From contig OZ024763.1 of NCBI GenBank assembly GCA_964016885.1, positions 4,836,001 to 4,900,000 on the forward strand: 64,000 nt of DNA, given 5' to 3'. Position 1 is the first letter of the stretch, and each line of letters begins with the position of its first letter. Positions 25,545-64,000 of this stretch are shown here, one piece after another. The position numbers and the translations under genes were made by a program. This stretch comes from Eledone cirrhosa (taxonomy: Eukaryota). The notes beneath the pieces are model-generated. The model did not search any database and was not told where the DNA came from. It saw only the letters and a program-made list of their open reading frames with translations.

Positions 25545-26235
25545 GCTGTATAACAAAGTGCAGGGCAATAAAGATAGACAGTAGCCACGGAATAGGCAGA
25601 CCCAGAAAAACCTGGGACGAGCTGATAAACTCCGACCTCACACAGTTACACCTCACCAAGACAATGTCACTGGACCGAGACCTTTGGCGGTACTCAGTAA
25701 TAGAGAAGACCCGCCTTACCTAAATACAAAGTAAAACCTACTACAGTCAGTAGGCATCTCTAACAAAATACACCCCCCGTCCCACCACCGCCCCCACCCC
25801 ATCCACACCACCCCGTTCTATGTAAAGTTATGTTGGTGCCGCGCCATCCAGGCCGAAACAAATGAGATCATGTAGGTGTCACGACAAAAAAACACACAGT
25901 CGACGCTGTAATGTGGCCGTGTAGGCAACACGGTAAAAACCTCCCAGACCCACACTGTAAATGTGTTTGGTGTTAGGAAGGGCATCCAACTGTAGAAAAC
26001 CCGCCAGACAGTCCACGCTGTAATGTGGCCGTGTAGGCAACACGGTAAAAACCTCCCAGACCCACACTGTAAATATGTTTGGTGTTAGGAAGGGCATCCA
26101 ACTGTAGAAAACCTGCCAGACAGTCCTATGCGAGCAAGACAATCACTCTTGCCTCAAGTGGGAAAACCCTCGTCCAAACCCATGCAAGCGTGGAACACGG
26201 ACGTTAAACGATGATGATGATGATGATGATGATGA
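25542..26235 (+). mobile_element. 5'-truncated RTE LINE with (GAT)n tail
   Basis: Near-identical to 18660-19340. Confidence 0.85.
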
Positions 26236-26412
26236 CACAGTATTAGCTAAAAACATATAAATACATTCTGCATAGCCAGCCGAGGTGAGCTGAGTAACGT
26301 TGGGTGCTCAGCTCAGCCTAGACTAAACAGTTACTCCAGGACTCTTGAGTACAACAACAACAACATACTTCTCTATGGAGTACAGTTAAGTACAACAACA
26401 AATCGTACTTTG

Positions 26413-63277
<36,865 letters not shown>

Positions 63278-63296
63278 CTGATAAATAAACCACAAT

Positions 63297-63878
63297 TGAG
63301 AGAGATGAGAACTGACTGGGTATTGAACTGTGACTGAGAGAGATGAGAAATAACTGACTGGGTATTGAACTGTGACTGAGGGAGATGAGAAATAACTGAC
63401 TGGGTATTGAACTGTGACTAAGAGAGATGAGAAATAACTGACTGGGTATTGAACTGTGACTGAGAGAGATGAGAAATAACTGACTGGGTATTGAACTGTG
63501 ACTGAGGGAGATGAGAAATAACTGACTGGGTATTGAACTGTGACCGAGAGAGATGAGAAATAACTGACTGGGTATTGAACTGTGACTGAGAGAGATGAGA
63601 AATAACTGACTGGGTATTGAACTGTGACTGAGAGAGATGAGAAATAACTGACTGGGTATTGAACTGTGACTGAGAGAGATGAGAAATAACTGACTGGGTA
63701 TTGAACTGTGACTAAGAGAGATGAGAAATAACTGACTGGGTATTGAACTGTGACTGAGAGAGATGAGAAATAACTGACTGGGTATTGAACTGTGACTAAG
63801 AGAGATGAGAAATAACTGACTGGGTATTGAACTGTGACTGAGAGAGATGAGAAATAACTGACTGGGTATTGAACTGTG
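63297..63878. repeat. 42-bp minisatellite (~14 units)
   Basis: Unit gagagatgagaaataactgactgggtattgaactgtgactga. Confidence 0.92.
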
Positions 63879-64000
63879 ATGAAAGGCATATATATGGCTA
63901 TATATATATACTGATGTACCCCTTCCATACACATGCACACATGTGTGTATCATGACTCGTGCACTGTTCATTTTACTGATGTTTGTGCATTGCCCTATGT

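Overview
AT-rich, microsatellite-dense eukaryotic DNA. The SINE/LINE repertoire and tandem C2H2 gene suggest an octopus or other coleoid cephalopod (inference). Four host genes are readable: the first two coding exons of PMS1 (- strand, 2637-3529, missing from the ORF track), a divergent 11-finger C2H2 zinc-finger gene (+, 4823-5743), an intronless death-fold/CARD caspase with an atypical NTCQC active-site motif (-, 15216-16187), and the last 21 coding exons of CFAP74 (-, 26413-63277), all with GT-AG sites and consistent phases. The rest is RTE, R4/Dong-like and CR1-like LINE fragments, tRNA-derived and RTE-tailed SINEs, Merlin, Helitron and piggyBac-like remnants, and several minisatellites built from TE fragments. 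The most notable hidden signal is a set of at least 9 sequence-unrelated minimal type I hammerhead ribozyme motifs (CUGANGA...GAAA...UH). Most lie in long head-to-head foldback elements embedded in (TA)n microsatellites with both 3' ends facing outward, consistent with a diverse family of non-autonomous Penelope-like or retrozyme-like elements. All coordinates and structures were read by eye; no database searches or folding programs were run.
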